Positions 12,911 through 30,086 of a stretch of 64,000 nt of DNA are shown in pieces. Source of the DNA: Octopus vulgaris (Eukaryota). Where the stretch lies: assembly GCA_951406725.2 (NCBI GenBank), contig OX597814.1, positions 134,230,001 to 134,294,000 on the forward strand. The letters run 5' to 3'. The notes beneath the pieces were generated by a model that worked only from the letters and a program-made list of their open reading frames with translations, ran no database searches and was not told the DNA's origin. The stretch's first letter is position 1, and every line of letters starts with the position of its first letter. Both the position numbers and the translations under genes were made by a program.

Positions 12911-13833
12911 GCATCACTTTTTATCTTTTACTTGCACTATAGTTTACTGGCTAACATTTGTTTTGTTCCTCTAAATAGCTATTCATTTAGATTAACCAAA
13001 GACGGATCAGTCTATATTTCCCTCTGAATTTGAGACACATTTTTACTAAAATCAGAATCTATTTATTGTGCCATTGCCAAACATATATCGTCATAAGCAT
13101 CTCCCAAAAAAACAAAGCAAAGAACTTCCATTATGCTTTCTGGACTACTTCATTTATGAGTACAGCGTTATTCTTTTACCAACTTCACACAAGTAATTGA
13201 ACCAATCTCTAGGGAAAAAATATAAATAATCCATCATTTCAATAAGATTTTTTACTAACTCTAACGTATCTTATTTTGAGTAGTACCATTTTAGTTTTCT
13301 ATAATATCTTATTTCCTGTGATGGAGTGTTGTATGAAAAACAGAGAGGATTCCTAGAACGTCGAATTAAATACTTTTCTTTTAGTTTTCTTTTCCTTTGG
13401 CATCTTAGTTTAAATCTTGTTCTGGTGGAATTTGCATTCTATCCCTTTCCATATCAATAAAATGTGTTCTGCATATTCATTGGGTGACGGTTCAATCCGC
13501 TAAACATTTCAGATTTCGTACCAATGCAGTGAAGTAAGATTCAGCTCTGATACAAAATTTGTTTAATGTACTACACAAAGAAATAAATCACTATCTTCTG
13601 AGGAAATATATGCTGTCTTCTAATGAAGTCTAGAACAAATGGTGGGTATATCGTTTCCTTTAATTATAATTTATATCTCAGACTGCAACAGTTCTAATTA
13701 TTTGTTTGTTACCTCAGGCATAATAACATCAGCAAGTTTCGTTTCCCTTTTTTATTGAACATCAAAGATTGTTATGTTAAGACAACATTCAAAATCAATT
13801 TAAAATAGATAGTTTAAAAAACGGAGGTAGTAT

Positions 13834-13944
<111 letters not shown>

Positions 13945-15179
13945 GTGACCTGTATCTACTTTCGTACTATGGTTTCATGCAAGTATACATAATAGCAGTG
14001 TACGTGATGTTTGATGTCACTACTGTTTTGTCTGTTGAGAAAATAAAAATCTCTTATTGTGTCTGCAAGCTGACATTAGTTCTGTATTTCTGTCATTATT
14101 GATGTGGGCTGGACTATGATATTTTTCAGTCAGACATAAATTGTAAAGTTTTAACCATTATTACATAGTATGGATCTATCCAAGAGAGACCATGTAATTG
14201 TGGTAGACACCCATCTTTATTTTGAAGAATGTGCTTTTGTAAACGATTTGGTGCTTATTTGTGAGAGTATTTGAAAATGTTTACAGATATAACTGAATCT
14301 TAAATAAGTTTCCTGTTAAGCTCCTGTGAGACACAGTACAACCAGTTTTGTTGTTGTTTTTACGTTGTAGCAGACAGATACACAATGCAGTTACTCATGT
14401 GTAAGAACATCGTGCTTGAGGCCACTACAACTGAAAAATATTGTTTGAATGTGTGTAACGCGGCAATCGGCTCCTTCTTGAGAACAATTTACACCGAACA
14501 AATTCAAATTTTATGAAAAGTATATAAATACATCTGTGAAATATCATCTACAACTGACACACGAAACATGGAAAGATTCTACTATCAGTCCATTATCGCA
14601 AACATCCCAATGAAATGTTTTGTATTCACTCAGATATTGTCGAGAGACGAAAAGGGTCTATTAGATATGGTATTAGACTGCTAACTCTTGGGTTCTGACA
14701 TACTTTTGTAGTCATCAAATTTATCTCTCTTTCAATCGGGTTACTATTTTGCTTTTGTTTTGTTTTATTGCATTGATACACTACCGCCCCATCGAGGATA
14801 GTACAAGTACGTAGACGACGTCAATTGACTGCGCTACGAGCAGTCAAAATACTCATCTGTGGTACCGACGGTATGGACGAGGAATTAAGACTTTCACTTT
14901 GCAACTTCATGATTTTAGATTCAATCCCACAGCACACCACCATTGCAAATGCATTCTACCATAGTCTCAAACTTTATGAGTAAAATTTGGTAAATGGAAA
15001 CTGTGAAAGCCTGTCAGAGAAAACTTTTCTATTTTTGGTGGGAGTCTTAGTATGTTGCTCTGTTTTACGGCATCACCAAAATCTTAGGTACCTTCCTTTC
15101 TCTCATCCATGTCTGAAAAAGCTCATGAGCGCAACTGCTTCTCCTCTGTTTAAATCTTTTAATATCTTTAATGATGATC

Positions 15180-16150
15180 GCAGTGGAGTAATGTCTAATT
15201 CCTACAAATGAATGCCTCGGTTGTAGTTGCACGTATTGTCCTCCGCACGCGCATTTGTGTATTGGATAAAGATGTTGCCGGTTGTGAACACATTCAATAT
15301 TAATTCGTCTACTGTCTTAATCATTGTGCTTATCGGAGCTAAATCCATGGTGTCGTTACGGTAGGAAGGGATATCTTTCAACTTGTTACTAATTTTTCCG
15401 CAAACTAACCAAGAAGCTGAACTCCAAAAAGTTACACCCTTGTGTTGTAGATTGTTCAAAGATTTTTAACGTTGATCCACAGTGACAACAATTTAAGATA
15501 AGCACGGATTTCATTAGCATTTGTTTCTTTTGAGGTCACAGGCTGGGTCTGACGGAAGTCACCCGACAACAGTATTACTGCTCCATATTTAAGCTCTGTC
15601 ATGTGTGTCCTGCAAATGGTCTCCACAGATCTTGTGTGTACCACTGCGTGCCTTTGTTTCCATTTCGATTTTAGAAACGGCAGAGCGTTGGACAAAAGGT
15701 CTAAGAGCGTTTAATTGCATCTCTTGTGCTGGGATGTCATCAGCGATCGAGTAACCTTTTTAACTGTCCATGGAGTTATTTCTTACAAACTACTGTTTCG
15801 AAATACTTAAGTAAACTTCATATATCGAGCTGCGTTTATGAGGCACCCTTCAAACACTGAGGTTGACTTTGCCATTCAGGTAAGTGTTAGAACGTTCTAG
15901 AACATAAATCTACTTGATTAAGTGCAAACTTGTAATATCACTAGAAAGAGAAATGTTGAAGATTTTTGCGATAATAGAATCTGAAGTACACTGTTTTAGG
16001 ATAATTGAAGAGACTAACTGCAGTTAGGGAGGCAACAGAGCTTGCAGTATTGCAATGCACGAAGACATCTTTTGTTTTCTCAATGCCACCGAGTTCATGG
16101 AGGTAGATGAGCTTTTCAACCATTGCAAGATGTGTTTTTTACCCTCGTTA
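15180..16150 (-). mobile_element. Helitron RepHel remnant (PIF1-like helicase), pseudogenised
   Basis: GGIEKT..TASSVASLTAVSL..KTVYFRF (cf. PGGTGKT..VASSGIAATLL..RTAHSRF), VILLSGDFRQTQPV..NEIRAYLK..LW (cf. GDFRQILPV..DEINACLKxSxLW) and DELILNVF in the correct order. Confidence 0.75.
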
Positions 16151-16774
16151 GACAACGCAACAACGTGAGAACCATTTTAGGATTTAGAGGACTTGAAGTT
16201 ATAAGTTCAAGGTGTTACGGGTTGTTTTTGCGTAAGGAATTACCTAAGAGGGTAGTTTTGCTCACTTGCACAGCTGTCTCACACATTTCGGTAGTGGAAA
16301 ACATTTTCTGTCAAACATAAATAGCGTAAAACGTGGGAGTGCACCTCAATAAGTAACTGACTGGAAGTGCCATAAAGCAAGGCAGGTGGGTGTCGTGTAT
16401 GGTATATGAATGTGTGGCGAACACCCTTGATAATGGAGTGACCCGTCGTTCCTATAAGTGTAGAGACAATGATAGTTTAATGAAGGTTATGTTTGGAAAA
16501 GAAAATATATCAAATGTCTGAAGTGTCAAAGATACGAGTGACAGCAATAAAGTTTGCTAAGAGTATAGAATGACAACTGACTCGACTTCTGCACCAGTAC
16601 TGTTTGCGTAGAACGAGTTGTGCTCTTTGAAGTCACCGAAGGCAATAAGTTCAGAAAGCGAGTGATGAAATAGTTGTACAGGATTTCAATATATCTTACA
16701 AACCTACACAAGGTTCATATGAATATAAGTAGGGATCTCTGCACTTTTAACAACAAAAATACACGTTATTCATA

Positions 16775-16776
<2 letters not shown>

Positions 16777-16864
<88 letters not shown>
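16777..16864. repeat. (CT)n microsatellite
   Basis: Directly visible. Confidence 0.95.
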
Positions 16865-16869
<5 letters not shown>

Positions 16870-18427
16870 ACACGACTATAACTTGTGTCCGACTGTGACG
16901 GGAGGGACTCAGAACACTGACACACACCCCTCAGCCGGCACTCCGATAACTTTATCGATTCGTCTACCAAGGAGCTGCAGAAAAAAATTAAGTCCAAAGG
17001 ACATTATAGGAACGATTCAATGGAACATACCAATTAAAGAATTCAAACTTTTTTATAGCAAAGAACTTTTATTAGGGTCGATAAAATAAAATAGAATCTA
17101 GCGGGGAAAAGGTCCAAATTGATTTAGCTGCGCAACAAAACAAACACTCTGGAATGGATAAGAATGTTTGTTAGCAGCAAAGGAAATGATATTGAATGTA
17201 AATCACAAAAACACGGATTGGAATATTATGGTTGCTTGAGTAGACTGCTTAAAACACGACAGTTTCCGAGAGACGAGTTATTTTGCTGTAATTAACATTG
17301 TAGATGTTAAGTGGAATGTTTTGTTCGTTTGTGCACACGTATACACGCATACACGTGCGGGTGCGTATGTGTGTGAGAGTGTAACAGTTATTATGTTAGT
17401 TAAATGTGTTTGTATGCATATGGATATAAGTATGCATTTGTATGAGCATTCAAGTCTGTTATCCAGATACTTATGTTAATGTGTGTATTTTATTTAGGTG
17501 CCGTATGCGTTAAGTAAAGTGTCTATATTTACTATACATATATATATATAAAGAGAGAGAGAGAGAGAAAAGGGAAAGAATGGGAGCGTATGTATGTGCA
17601 TGTGTGTGTAATATATAAATTATTATACATGCAAATGTTTGTGTGCATAAGTATGTGGTTCATAACTATCTTACACCATTGTTCTGTATAAGAAATTATT
17701 TCTGGAGAATAGATCGAAGATTAATCTTAAAAATAAACTTGACGTCTAGCAAGTTTTGTGTATTGAAGTCTGACACTCAAGATTTCACTCTGCTACTTGG
17801 ATATCCCTAGTTTATATTGCCGATTTAATGGTTCGTCGTTGTATATTTGATTTATAACAATCTCCAAGCGTATCTAATTGTCCTGTTATTCAATACGTAT
17901 ATTTACTAAAAGCACAAAATACTTTTGAAGGGCTCCTTGACAATAAAAACTCGAGCATACGAAGATTGTTCAATGTAGACATCACGGCAGCATTGTTGCT
18001 GGAACGGATAATTGTTATACTTAGTTTTCTTTCAACTCTACGCGCTAGTCATTCAATATGTTTATTATATTATCAGAATGTCATTTCAATAATTTCAAAT
18101 ACATTTTTATATCCTGCAATATAACAATTTCAAACAAAAGCATAAGTCCACAATTTGTTTAAGAATACGTAATATATTAGATTCATCCTGGAATGATGAC
18201 GAGTAAGGACAATTCTAACGTGATTTGAACTCACCACACTTTTCTACCATCCACCGCTCTTCATATCCAGTATATCCGTTATACACATAGTAATTGTTTC
18301 CTTCTTTTAAGTGCTCACAAAGACCCTTTTTTTTAGTTTCAATGACGAAAAAGTTCAAAAGTAGTTATGTTCATTCCTTTTCTGGGAACGTTATCCTCAA
18401 CCATTAATCGAAGCCAGATTGTTTAAC

Positions 18428-18731
18428 TTCGGCTTACAAAGAATGTAGTCTTGGGTCGATTTCTTCGACTAAAGCACTTTAAGGCGGTACTCCAGCATGA
18501 CTGCAGTCAAATGACTGAAACAAATAAAAGAATAAAAGAATATATTAATATATATTTATATCCATGTATAGGCACAAGCGTAGGTGTGTTGTAAGAAACA
18601 TGCTTCCCAACCACATGGTCCTGTGTTCAGTCTCACTGCGTAACACCTTGGGCAAGTGTCTTCTACTATAACTTCGCGCTAACCAAAGCCTTGTGAGTGG
18701 CTTTGGTAGAAGGAAACTGAAAAAAACCTGT

Positions 18732-18809
<78 letters not shown>

Positions 18810-19056
18810 CGTGTGTGTGTGTGTGTGTGCGTGTGTGTGTGCGTGTCTGTGTGTGCCTTTCTGTCTGTGTTCGTCCCCCACCATCCCTTGACAATCGGTG
18901 AGCTTACGTCCTTTTAACTTAACAGATCGGCAAAAGAACTGATAGTATAAGTATCAGGCCTTAAAAAAGTACTGAGATCGATTCATTCCTCTAAAAATTC
19001 TTTCATGCGGAGTCCCAGCATAACCGAAGTTTAATGACTGAAACAAGTAAAAATGA
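18428..19056 (+). mobile_element. SINE family B: a 3' fragment (18428-18540) followed by a full copy with internal (TG)n (18570-19056)
   Basis: Family B head, ACCTTGGGCAAGTGTCTTCTACT core and ATGACTGAAACAA tail. Confidence 0.85.
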
Positions 19057-19071
19057 AATATAGAAGACATA

Positions 19072-20238
19072 CTAGACTGGGTCAAAAGTTTTTCGTATTT
19101 CAAGATTTAATTAGTTAGAAAAAATCACATACGAAGAGCGTTTATTCATCAAAGTATACCCCTTCATATTTTATAATTTGTTGCCATTGTGGTGTCAGAA
19201 ACTCAATCCTACGCTTATAATATTTGGATGGTTTAGAGGAAACATACTCCTTGCACCTGTTTTCAACCTCATCCACGTTGCTGAACCTCCGTATCCATGC
19301 AGGAAATGAGATATGGCCCGGAAAACGCTTGAACTGTAAGCAGGGTAAGATAGCACTTCCAGTCCCTCAAATCACATTACCAGATAGAGAGCTTTCAACG
19401 CATCATGTATTCGCTGCAGTTGTTGAGCATAAAGGTTAGCATTCATAGCTTGACCATCTGAGACAAGATCAAAGTACAACACGCCTTCGATATGCCACCA
19501 AACACAAAACATAACCTTCTGTTCTAACCGACCTTGTTTGGCAAGAGGTTCTGAAACCTAGTTGGGATGAAACCACTGATTTCTCTTAAGATTAAGAAAA
19601 TAGATTCATTTTTCCATCTCCAGTTACAATTCGACGCCCAAAACAGGCATTTTGAGGATTTTCCAGTGGTTGTTTGCAAATGTTCACACCTAATTGGTCA
19701 ATGTCATTGGTCACTTCAAGAGGACTTTCTCGACAACGTCTGTTCACAAGGTCGAGCTTATGATGGTGCCGATTGACGGTAGTTTTGTAAAGAATCAAGT
19801 TTTGCCATCAATGTACGAGTGATTGTGCTTGGCATTTGTTCAACTATTTCAAACAAGGCCTTATTTTCCACAGCAGGTCTCCCTGACCTTGGTTTATTTT
19901 TAAGGCTGGTGTCGCCCTCCTCGAAACGTTTCGACCCTGTTTTAAACCACACCTACGTTGACAGTTCTTGGGTTTTCAAGTCGTTAACTTGTGTTACTGC
20001 TGCTCTTGTACTCAGTAATTTTTTTTCTACAGGTAGCGTAAAACTGCAATTTTTTTACCACTCCTTATCAAAGCAGTAAAATAATGACCATACGATTAAT
20101 GTTTATCTGCTATATATGAAAATAAAAAATAATTCAGAAACGATTGGAAAAGTTATATCAAATTAATGATATAACATGGAGATACAAGTTGCCAAAAATC
20201 ATCAGTGAAAAACCGAAAAAACCTCTGTCTCAACTTAG
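19072..20238 (-). mobile_element. Defective mariner transposon
   Basis: Minus-strand peptides 'KRFEEGDTSLKNKPRSGRP' and 'RRIVTGDGK'; degenerate TIRs CTAGACTGGGTCAAAAGTTTTTCG / CGAAAAAACCTCTGTCTCAACTTAG; same family as 33470-34640. Confidence 0.85.
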
Positions 20239-20239
20239 A

Positions 20240-20322
<83 letters not shown>

Positions 20323-20859
20323 GAGATTTCTGTAAGCGTCTGCGCGTGAACATTTTACATATTTTAGCAGCGTTAAATCTTCTATTGCACAAACATGTTC
20401 GTCTCGTTTTATATTACATCGGTGGGCAACTGTTTAATATATACAACGTATATATCTCTTATTTAATGATAATGAGTCTGCTGCTGTTATTTTGCTGTGG
20501 GATAGAGAAATATAGCCGTAAATATAAATGTCTTTGTTGGACATAATCAGATAGACATAAAGAGTTTATTTCATGTCAACCGATATGCATGTATGATTGC
20601 TTGTGACTGCTTGTATGTATATGTAAATGCATGAATTAATGTATACATGCACACTCGTTATGAATACAATGCATGTGTGTATGTGTATGTGTGTGTATGT
20701 GTGTGTATGTGTGTGTATGTGTATGTGTGAGTGTGAGAGAGAGAAAGAGCTTGTGTGTATGTCAGTAAATTACACAAATGTGCTTGTAGAGGAATGAATG
20801 TGTATAAACAGTCCAATATTTAGGATTATGTCAGTGTGTATAGATGTGACAAAGAAAAG

Positions 20860-23931
<3,072 letters not shown>

Positions 23932-24008
<77 letters not shown>
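23932..24008. repeat. (GATA)n at the 5' junction of the Tx1 element
   Basis: Directly visible. Confidence 0.95.
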
Positions 24009-24009
<1 letters not shown>

Positions 24010-24067
24010 TAAGAAGACAAACGGTTATATCGACAGGCACATAGGTAGGTAAACATATATATACACA

Positions 24068-24299
24068 CATAGGATTAAGTCACCCGACAGTAAGTCAAAA
24101 TTCCATAAATACTATCTGTAATTCTGTATTGACTCGAATGGGAAAATGTGTCGCTCAAGAAAGACTTCAGTTTGAACAATTTTCATGATATTTCATATTT
24201 AGATGTTTTTTATTAAATTCATACAATTGTTAAACATAAATAAATCCTGGAATTAAATGGTTTTGATTTACTGTCAGGTGACTTTTGGCCAACCCTGTA
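24068..24299. mobile_element. Tc1/mariner-type MITE
   Basis: Inverted repeats AAGTCACCCGACAGTAAGTCAAAA / TTTTGATTTACTGTCAGGTGACTT; right end ...CAACCCTGTA. Confidence 0.65.
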
Positions 24300-24731
24300 T
24301 GTATATATATATATATATAAGTATGGGTAGCACATTCTTTTGTTTGATTTCTTTTAAGGCGTGACTATCTTCAATAAAATCTAGACGCCAACAGGTCATC
24401 CGGTACTGCTACTACAGCCATCAGTTATTGGGGTTTATTGACTGAATTGATAAATGATTCTTATGGTGACCTTAACATTAAGAATAGCATCCTTAATATT
24501 GGTTGGATTGTTTATTTGTTTGGGTTCCTTCCCTATTCTACAATGTGTTATTTCCTTTCAATTTTTTTCTTTTTAATTCCAGAAACGATGTTTTGTTATG
24601 TTTACATGACATGATCACCTCAAACTACCTATTCATCACGTTTTCCCCTGGATGTGATGATTTCCATAGTCTCTTTTAAGCATGGGTTGCAAACCCGTGA
24701 TGTTCCGTTATATGCTGTTGCATATTTTATA

Positions 24732-24827
<96 letters not shown>

Positions 24828-24909
24828 GAGAATGGGGGGAGACCCACTTCGGTCATGAATAACCATGAGATTGCACCGAGAAAGTCCGGGGGCAAGGTTA
24901 TTTATGGGA

Positions 24910-25140
24910 GATATAATCGGCTTAATCTGTTTGTCTGTCCTTGTTTGTCCTTTCTGTGTAGTAAAGAAATAGGTATTTCGTCTGCCGTTACGTTCTGAGT
25001 TCAAATTCCGCCGAGGTCGACTTTGCCTTTCATCCTTTCGGGGTCGATAAATTAAGTACCAGTTGCGTACTGGTGTCGATCTAATAGACTGGTTCACTCT
25101 CCTAAAATTTCGAGCCTTGTGCCTAGTGTAGAAAAGAATA
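24910..25140 (+). mobile_element. Tx1-like SINE tail joined to a family A SINE body
   Basis: ...TTGTTTGTCC..GTAGTAAAGAAATAG|GTATTTCGTCTGCCGTTACG...; junction 24972/24973. Confidence 0.85.
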
Positions 25141-25334
25141 AATTAATTTGTACATAACTATAGTTTAAATAACAGAGAATGAATCACTTTAGTGTATTTA
25201 CAGTATGTTCGGGCTAAATTTGACGATTTTTATGTCTCCTTTTCTCAACACCAGCTTGATATATTGCTGAAGAACCAAAAGCATTATGAGCATGAAAATT
25301 AAAGCTGTAGTTGAGAAAAAGTTAGCTGACAATA

Positions 25335-25722
25335 TTTTAAATTTTGATACAAGGCCAGCAATTTCAGAGGAAGGGATAAGTCAATTGTATCGACCCCAGT
25401 GTTCAACAGGTACTTATTTTATCGTCTCCGAAAGGATGAAAGGCAAAATCGACCCCGGCAACATTTGAACTCTGAAAGTCGGAAGAAATACCTATTTCTG
25501 TTTCTTTACTACCCACAAGGGGCTAAACACAAGGAGGACAGACAAACGGATTAAGTCGATTATATCGACCCCAATGCGTAACTGGTACTTATTTAATCGA
25601 CCCCGAAAGGATGAAAGGCAAAGTCGACCTCGGCGGAATTTGAACTCAGAACGTAACGGCAGACGAAATACCGCTAAGCATTTCGCCCGGCGTGCTAACG
25701 ATTCTGCCAGCTCGCCGCCTTG
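25335..25722 (-). mobile_element. Two-unit family A SINE array: full copy with Tx1-like tail joined to a more diverged headless copy
   Basis: Full head at 25672-25722; tail junction GAAATAC|CTATTTC at 25491/25492. Confidence 0.88.
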
Positions 25723-25759
25723 AAAAAGTTAGCTGCCATGGAGGACTGAAAACCGTTTG

Positions 25760-26135
25760 AACATTGGGAAAATTTTACCTGTGTCATGGTGATCCTCGCC
25801 GGGTATCAAAATGCCGACGTCAATGGTCTGTGAACACTGTAAAGGCTGTATAACGTGACATGGACAGCTGCAACGGAGACTACGAAGCCATGACCAACAG
25901 GAAGGGATACAGTAGGATTTTTGACTGCGTTCACACGTCGCGCTCTATCTGCACATCGTTGAACAGGACTTTAGGCTGAATTCAGAGGCTATGTGAAGCT
26001 GCTGGAGACTGTGGTCAAACCCTGGATGGAGAGGTTTGCCGCTGTAATGCCAAGTGTGTTGCAGTAGGATTCAGCTCCTTGCGATACCTCTGGAAGGAGT
26101 CAGAAGTGGTTGTCGGAGAATTTCTACAACTATAC
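25760..26135 (+). mobile_element. Tc1/mariner (probably maT/DD37D-like) transposase fragment
   Basis: VKLLETVVKPWMERFA...Q*DSAPCDTSGRSQKWLSENF (cf. WQQDSAPxH..TQxWL); a second copy of this segment lies at 26690-26797. Confidence 0.6.
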
Positions 26136-26204
26136 TTCAATTTTTGGATGGGTTATTGTGTTTTCTTTTCTTTTCAAGCAGACTGTCAAATTTAGCCCGA
26201 ACAC

Positions 26205-26440
26205 TATTCTTTTATTCTTTTATTTGTTTCAGTCAACTGACTGTGGCTATGCTGGAGCACCGCCTTTAGTCGAACAAGTCGACCCCAGAACTTATTCTTT
26301 GTAAGCCTAGTATTTATTCTATCAGTCTCTTTGCCGAACTACTAAGTTACGGGGACGTAAACACAACAGCATCGGTTGTCAAGCGATGTTGGGGGGGGAC
26401 AAACACAGACACACAAACACAAACACACAAACACGCATAT

Positions 26441-26502
<62 letters not shown>

Positions 26503-26665
26503 GACGGGCTTCTTTCAGTTTCCGTTTACCAAATCCACTCACAAGGCTTTGGTCTGCCCGAAGCTATAGTAGAAGACACTTGCCCAAGGTGCCACACAGT
26601 GGGACTGAACCCGAAACCATGTGGTTGGTAAGCAAGCTACTTACCACACAGCCACGCCTGCGCCT
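26205..26665 (-). mobile_element. SINE family B with internal (TA)n
   Basis: Full-length match to the family B consensus. Confidence 0.9.
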
Positions 26666-27869
26666 ATTTTCTCAAGTAATTAATATTATGGATGGAGAGG
26701 GTTGCTGCTGTAAGGCCAAATGTGTGCCAGCAGGATTCGGCTCCTTGCCATACCTCTGGAAAGAGTCAAAAGTGGTTGTCGGGGAATTTCTACAGCTATG
26801 TTTATTTAGATAACCAATTCTGCATCTATATTTATTTTTCCTAATCTTGCGGTTGTTTTGTAGGTTTGTGGTGTGTTGTGGTTATGTTTGTTTGAATATT
26901 GTTCTGTTGTCAGTTCGAGTTGGTTAGCTAGAATTGTTTTGCCTTTACTGAACACTCACACGTTGTCTTCGACGGAAAATTCCATCATCATCACCATCAT
27001 CATCTTCATCATCATTACCTCCATCATCAGTATCATCAGCATCATCCTCATATATGAAAAACAAAATAGTTAAACCGGTGAGATTTGAGCTCAGAAATGT
27101 AAAATGGACATAATTAAATACTACAATACATTTTGTTAGATGCTCTTCTACTTCAACTGCCCTCCACTACCCTTCCGGTCACTTCTAAATATTAAAGCAA
27201 ACATGAAGATGAGGTTATTATAATGCCATTAATTAATAATTGTGAGAGTAATATTTAATTATTTGGAAATTCAATAAAAACATTAAATTGAATAAAATGA
27301 ATAAATATTTTAATATTCTTTAACTTGTTTTTCTTTAATTGTAATATCTTTAAAACATTCACTGAACGATTAATTTTAATATTAATTACTTGAGAAAACT
27401 TTTAACTATGATTACATTTCTAATTAAAAAGGATCGCCTTTTAACCATCCACAGGCCACTTGCTCCTTTCTACAAATGCTGCGAATAGACAACTTATAGT
27501 TACAATTACGTAAAAGTAAGTGCTACAGAATCTCGATCTGAAAAACACAACAGCCAAATTTCCCTCAAATCATACCATAGCAAATTAGAAAAGGCATTTG
27601 CATGATTCCTTTAGTTCCCGTGACATGAGGTCACAGGGAGAAAATGCCACCTTTATTTCCGGCGTTCTTGGGTTTGTTCGATCAAAGCCGACTGAGATCA
27701 AACAACAACAAATACAATTCAGCAATACATTTGTCTTGGATTTTTATACATAAACCTTTGAGATCATGCCTCAGCACTAAATATTATGACACAAAAGACA
27801 GCACAAGCAAATGAACCACGAATTCTCAGACATCAGAATTACATTTGAAGTTATATCTTGTATCATATT

Positions 27870-28075
27870 TTGGTTTCAAGTTTTAGTACAATGCCAGCAA
27901 TTTCGGAGTAGGAACTAAGCCGACTACATAGACATCAATGTTCAACTGGTATTTATTTTATCAATCCTGAGAGGGTGAAAGGCAAAGTCGGACCTTGGCA
28001 GCATTTGAACTCCGAACGTTAAGTAGGATGAAGTGCCGCCGGGCATTTTGCCCAGAAGCAAACGATTCTGCTACC
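27870..28075 (-). mobile_element. Diverged SINE family A
   Basis: GAAAGGCAAAGTCG...ATTTGAACTC...CATTTTGCCC...AACGATTCTGC. Confidence 0.75.
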
Positions 28076-28120
28076 TCGACGGTTTGCTCGTATCATATAT
28101 TAAAGCTGGAAACAATTTCA

Positions 28121-28173
<53 letters not shown>

Positions 28174-29805
28174 GATGAAGGAGCTGTTCTAGTTTACGCC
28201 ACGACATGCGAACTTAAACAAACTCACGAAATGTATAATGTTCACAAATACAAACAATGCCATTTTCTTCAAACTTCCCACAAATTTTCCAGTGCGACCT
28301 CGTCTCGATTCTAGCGTTCAAACACTTAACGTCATTTGAATTTAATACTATTAGAAAACATATCAACGTCACAACACCTCGTTTGTCTTTTCTGTAGAAT
28401 TTTGAACATTTAAAAGATATCCGTCAAACAAAATCTATAGACTAGGCAGGCCGTGAGTGGACAGCAAAAGACACGTCCTCCTCCATTTTTCTAGCTCATC
28501 AACCAACATCTCTTCCGGTAAACACACGCACACGCCCTAACGCGCGTGCGCACGCACACAGAGCTTCACATGCAACTATGTACGCATAGGTATATGTATG
28601 TAAGCTTCCACTTGAATGTGTATATGCGTGCGCCTTTTAAGTGTTTTCACCATTTCAGTCCTTTCCTCCTCACCTGCAGCTTGTCTCATACAATCCTAAT
28701 GTTCAATAATTCACTTAACCTGGCTTTCATTCGACCTGCTTCCATACACAACTTTTGTCAGATTACCCTCTCACTTTACCTCCTCCGATGCCGTTCTTCT
28801 TCCATATATTCATATTACTTCCTACTACTAACATTGTCCATTAAGCTCCCCTCCTCTCCCTCCTCATTTTTCACTTACTTCCTAACTATCGTGGTCTTAA
28901 TCTCTATAATTTTTTTTCTTTCCGGAGAAGAATTAACCAAAATGTTAAACTTTTACTCTTCTCACATCAAATTAATTTGCGGTATTATAGTTGATCTGTG
29001 AGCTTTTAGGGATAAACTTTTGCCAACTCAGACCGCCACCAGTTTCCTTAGACTCTGAATCTTATTTTACAATGTGTAGATTTTTTTAGCGTTGAAAAAT
29101 AATTGTGATAGCTATGAAAGATATTTAACTCAACTATTTGTGGTTCTGTTCGAGAGATGCAAATACTAACTCTTTTATTGAAACGTGTTTTATTCAAGGT
29201 AACGATTACATCAGAAAATGTTACGAGCAGGCCAAACGCATCTCTACAAATTCCATTAGCTAATAATATTTAATAGAAGGGAGTTCTGATTGAATAAGGT
29301 TTCTGGCAATAATCAAGTCGTTTCAAATAGCGCCAAAAGCTTTAGAATACGTTACAACTCACAATAGCAATTCCTTTGCTGTAACTAAATTATAATTATG
29401 CTTATTATATACAACTGAATTTTAGTGTCATTTTTGTATTTAATTCTGCATTCGTAATTTTATTATAGATGCACAGCATAGTCAAAATCTTTGTACATGT
29501 AAGTAGGAAGGTGACCCTACGGACGGAATGACTTCTTAATAAGGAATTGTAAAGGGAATTTGGTCTAATCAAGGCATTTGTTATGATAAAACTTCTTAAC
29601 CTTTCTTTGTGGTGTCAGATGAATATAGTACAGTCAAGCGTTTGAAAACAATTTTCTGGTTTGTTTAATCTCTAAAGAATTTAGCATCAAAGAAAACGAA
29701 ATAATAATATAGTGATTAAGATAAACGTCGAACATTGTAAGAATCCTTCTAATTTAAAACATCGTTTTTAAGATAGGCATGACAATTGAAAAAGTGGTCA
29801 ACATT

Positions 29806-30086
29806 TTAGTGAAGAAGATAGTAGAAAAATCTTTCAAAAGGTGATACAAATATCCAGTCAGGCACACCTACAGTTTAAAACATTCTCTTTAAAGTAGGCA
29901 TGACTTCCAACGTGAAAATCGAAAATGGCGGCCAAAATCCAAGATGGCGTCCGACATTAAAAATTTACAATTGAAATGAACAGGAAATAAGTCTTATTAT
30001 GATAAACATTATTTATTATGCAATATTTTACACAAATAGCCTTATATTTACATTTTGAAGGATTTTTCTACTATCCTCTTTACTAA
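29806..30086. mobile_element. Non-autonomous DNA transposon (MITE) with 36-bp inverted repeats
   Basis: TTAGTGAAGAAGATAGTAGAAAAATCTTTCAAAAGG (29806-29841) vs CATTTTGAAGGATTTTTCTACTATCCTCTTTACTAA (30051-30086); internal AAAATGGCGGCC and CAAGATGGCGTCC motifs. Confidence 0.65.

Noticed and set aside
14170-14510. Possible very old Tc1/mariner catalytic fragment on the minus strand (SQEGADC, WPQ)
   Set aside because: Only two weak motif echoes; not enough to call.
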